A stretch of DNA of 64,000 bases from a virus: positions 1 through 64,000 of IMG/VR virus record IMGVR_UViG_3300046008_000291; one strand, 5' to 3'. Made by a program: the position numbers and the translations under genes. Position 1 is the stretch's first letter, and every line of letters starts with the position of its first letter. The notes below the pieces were generated by a model that ran no database searches, was not told the DNA's origin, and worked only from the letters and a program-made list of their open reading frames with translations. This document shows, piece after piece, positions 62,369 through 64,000 of this stretch.

Positions 62369-63768
62369 TGAGCAGTCAATATTTTTATGATGGTCAAATT
62401 GAACGCTTTGTAGTACAATTCATTAGAATAATGAGCGGCTACGAAGTTGAGTTTGGACAGGATCGCACTGGTAGCAAAACTCTACAACGTGTACCAGTTT
62501 ATTATGCAGATGGTAGCAGACAAGTTGCGGCAATTTTAGCAAACAATAGTGAAAACACTATGCAGACTGTGCCAGCAATGGCTACATATATCAGCGGATT
62601 AACCTACGATAGAGATCGTGTACAGAGCCCAACTTACGTTAATAATATGAGTATACGTCAACGTAAATATGATTCAGATACAGATACCTACGAACAAACA
62701 CAAGGTAACGCATTTACTATCGAACGCATAATGCCTGTGCCATATACATTAGAATTAAAATTAGATATATGGACTAGTAATACTAAACAAAAATTACAAT
62801 TGATTGAACAAATATTACCGTTATTTAATCCAGGTTTAGAAATACAAAGTACAGACAATTATATCGACTGGACAAGTTTAAGTGTTATATATTTAGATAG
62901 CCCTAATTGGTCAAGCCGGGCAATACCTGTGGGCACTGAAAATCAAATTGATGTTGCTACACTGACATTTAAATTGCCTATTTGGATTAGCCCGCCCGCC
63001 AAAGTTAAAAAGCTGGGTGTTATACAAAAAATTATTGCAAATATACATGATGCACAGGGTGATTTAAACTCTGCTGCTTACACCGAAGATAATCTAATGG
63101 GTACTCGTATGTATTATACTCCCTTGGACTACGGAGTTTTATTAATTGGCAACACGCTTACCTTGCTTAAAATACAAGACGTAGAAACCTTAAGAGAACC
63201 CACGTTAACTACTCCAACTAAAATCGGCACACGAGATAATTGGCACAATTTAGTTAATGTCTACGGTTCATTGGTCGAAGGCATTAGTCAAATTAGATTA
63301 CTAGCGAATGACGGAGTATCGGAGATTATCGGTACAGTTAGCTATCACCCAACCGATGATAGTCTATTAATTTTCAATGCGGATATCGATACCTATCCAG
63401 CAAATACACTAGATGCAATCGATGCTATTGTCGATCCTCGAAAGAATACTGCGGTTGCACTGGCACAAAGCGCCGTAACAGGTACTCGTTATTTAATATT
63501 AAATGCAATCGGTAGTACTGCAAATGGTGCGTTTGATGGCCCAAGTGCGTGGCGTGGTACAGATGATTTAGATTTAATAGCAGGTGCCAACGATATTATT
63601 GAATTTAATGGTACACACTGGACTGTGGTGTTTGACAGCGCGGCCGAAACTGTGTTACAATATGTGTCAAATTTGAATACTGGAACGCAGTATAAATGGA
63701 ATCTCAATCAGTGGGTTAAATCGTTTGAAGGGGAATATCGTAACGGAAATTGGACATTAGTTCTTTAG
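62368..63768 (+). CDS. Tail terminator / sheath stabiliser (gp15-like)
   Basis: YFYDGQIERF, MPVPYTLELKLDIW, QLIEQILPLFNP. Confidence 0.85.
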   Translation: MSSQYFYDGQIERFVVQFIRIMSGYEVEFGQDRTGSKTLQRVPVYYADGSRQVAAILANNSENTMQTVPAMATYISGLTYDRDRVQSPTYVNNMSIRQRKYDSDTDTYEQTQGNAFTIERIMPVPYTLELKLDIWTSNTKQKLQLIEQILPLFNPGLEIQSTDNYIDWTSLSVIYLDSPNWSSRAIPVGTENQIDVATLTFKLPIWISPPAKVKKLGVIQKIIANIHDAQGDLNSAAYTEDNLMGTRMYYTPLDYGVLLIGNTLTLLKIQDVETLREPTLTTPTKIGTRDNWHNLVNVYGSLVEGISQIRLLANDGVSEIIGTVSYHPTDDSLLIFNADIDTYPANTLDAIDAIVDPRKNTAVALAQSAVTGTRYLILNAIGSTANGAFDGPSAWRGTDDLDLIAGANDIIEFNGTHWTVVFDSAAETVLQYVSNLNTGTQYKWNLNQWVKSFEGEYRNGNWTLVL

Positions 63769-63797
63769 TTGACATTTATCAGTTAGTGTAGTATAAT
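63769..63797 (+). promoter_or_regulatory. sigma70 promoter, -10 box 7 nt before ATG
   Basis: TTGACA-17-TATAAT-7-ATG. Confidence 0.8.
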
Positions 63798-63804
63798 AGT
63801 TAAT

Positions 63805-64000
63805 ATGTTAACTAAAATAAAAGAATCAGTATCAAATAAATCAATTGAAGGTGTCGGCACGTTCATTTATTGTGTAACTACACATCGATATCTTTTTCTA
63901 TTACGTAATTCAAGTAGATACGCAGGTACATGGGGATTAGCAGGTGGTAAGATCGATAGTGGCGAGCAGTTACTCGAATCCCTACATCGTGAACTTACAG
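63805..64000 (+). CDS. Nudix hydrolase (partial)
   Basis: Manual: ...YLFLLR...WGLAGGKIDSGEQLLESLHREL = Nudix box. Confidence 0.88.
   Translation, partial: MLTKIKESVSNKSIEGVGTFIYCVTTHRYLFLLRNSSRYAGTWGLAGGKIDSGEQLLESLHRELT

Noticed and set aside
3075-63707. Numerous short antisense or nested ORFs inside long genes (e.g. 4088, 8804, 35195, 55630, 59151, 63489)
   Set aside because: Shadow frames of well-supported genes
1-64000. CRISPR array, integrase, IS element, rRNA, tmRNA
   Set aside because: No regularly spaced repeats or diagnostic motifs seen by eye

Overview
AT-rich 64 kb segment of a large (jumbo-type) T4-related myovirus genome. Almost all genes are on the minus strand. No CRISPR array, integrase or IS element is evident. 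Core modules: replication/recombination (primase N-terminus, a 193-aa miniaturised DnaE-like polymerase core, gp62-like clamp-loader subunit, UvsW, UvsX, UvsY, gp32, dNMP kinase) and morphogenesis (terminase large and probable small subunit, gp4, tail tube/sheath, gp13/14/15, acidic head-associated proteins). Accessory content: two glycan/modification clusters, host-derived metabolic genes (Fhs, an internally deleted AhcY, an outer-membrane porin, an RpoZ homologue) and a 26-tRNA array (23942-30397) containing an HNH endonuclease and several structured non-coding intervals. The best candidate for an undescribed system is a ribosome-mediated attenuator at the head of one tRNA unit: sigma70 promoter, 43-codon leader ORF, 16-nt antiterminator overlapping the leader stop codon, and an intrinsic terminator. 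Other notable signals: a switch-like hairpin pair linking tRNA-Ala to the HNH start, repeated leaderless promoter-ATG geometry, and the mini-DnaE. All family calls come from motif recognition by eye; no searches were run. A Gram-negative host (possibly a methylotrophic betaproteobacterium) is inference only.
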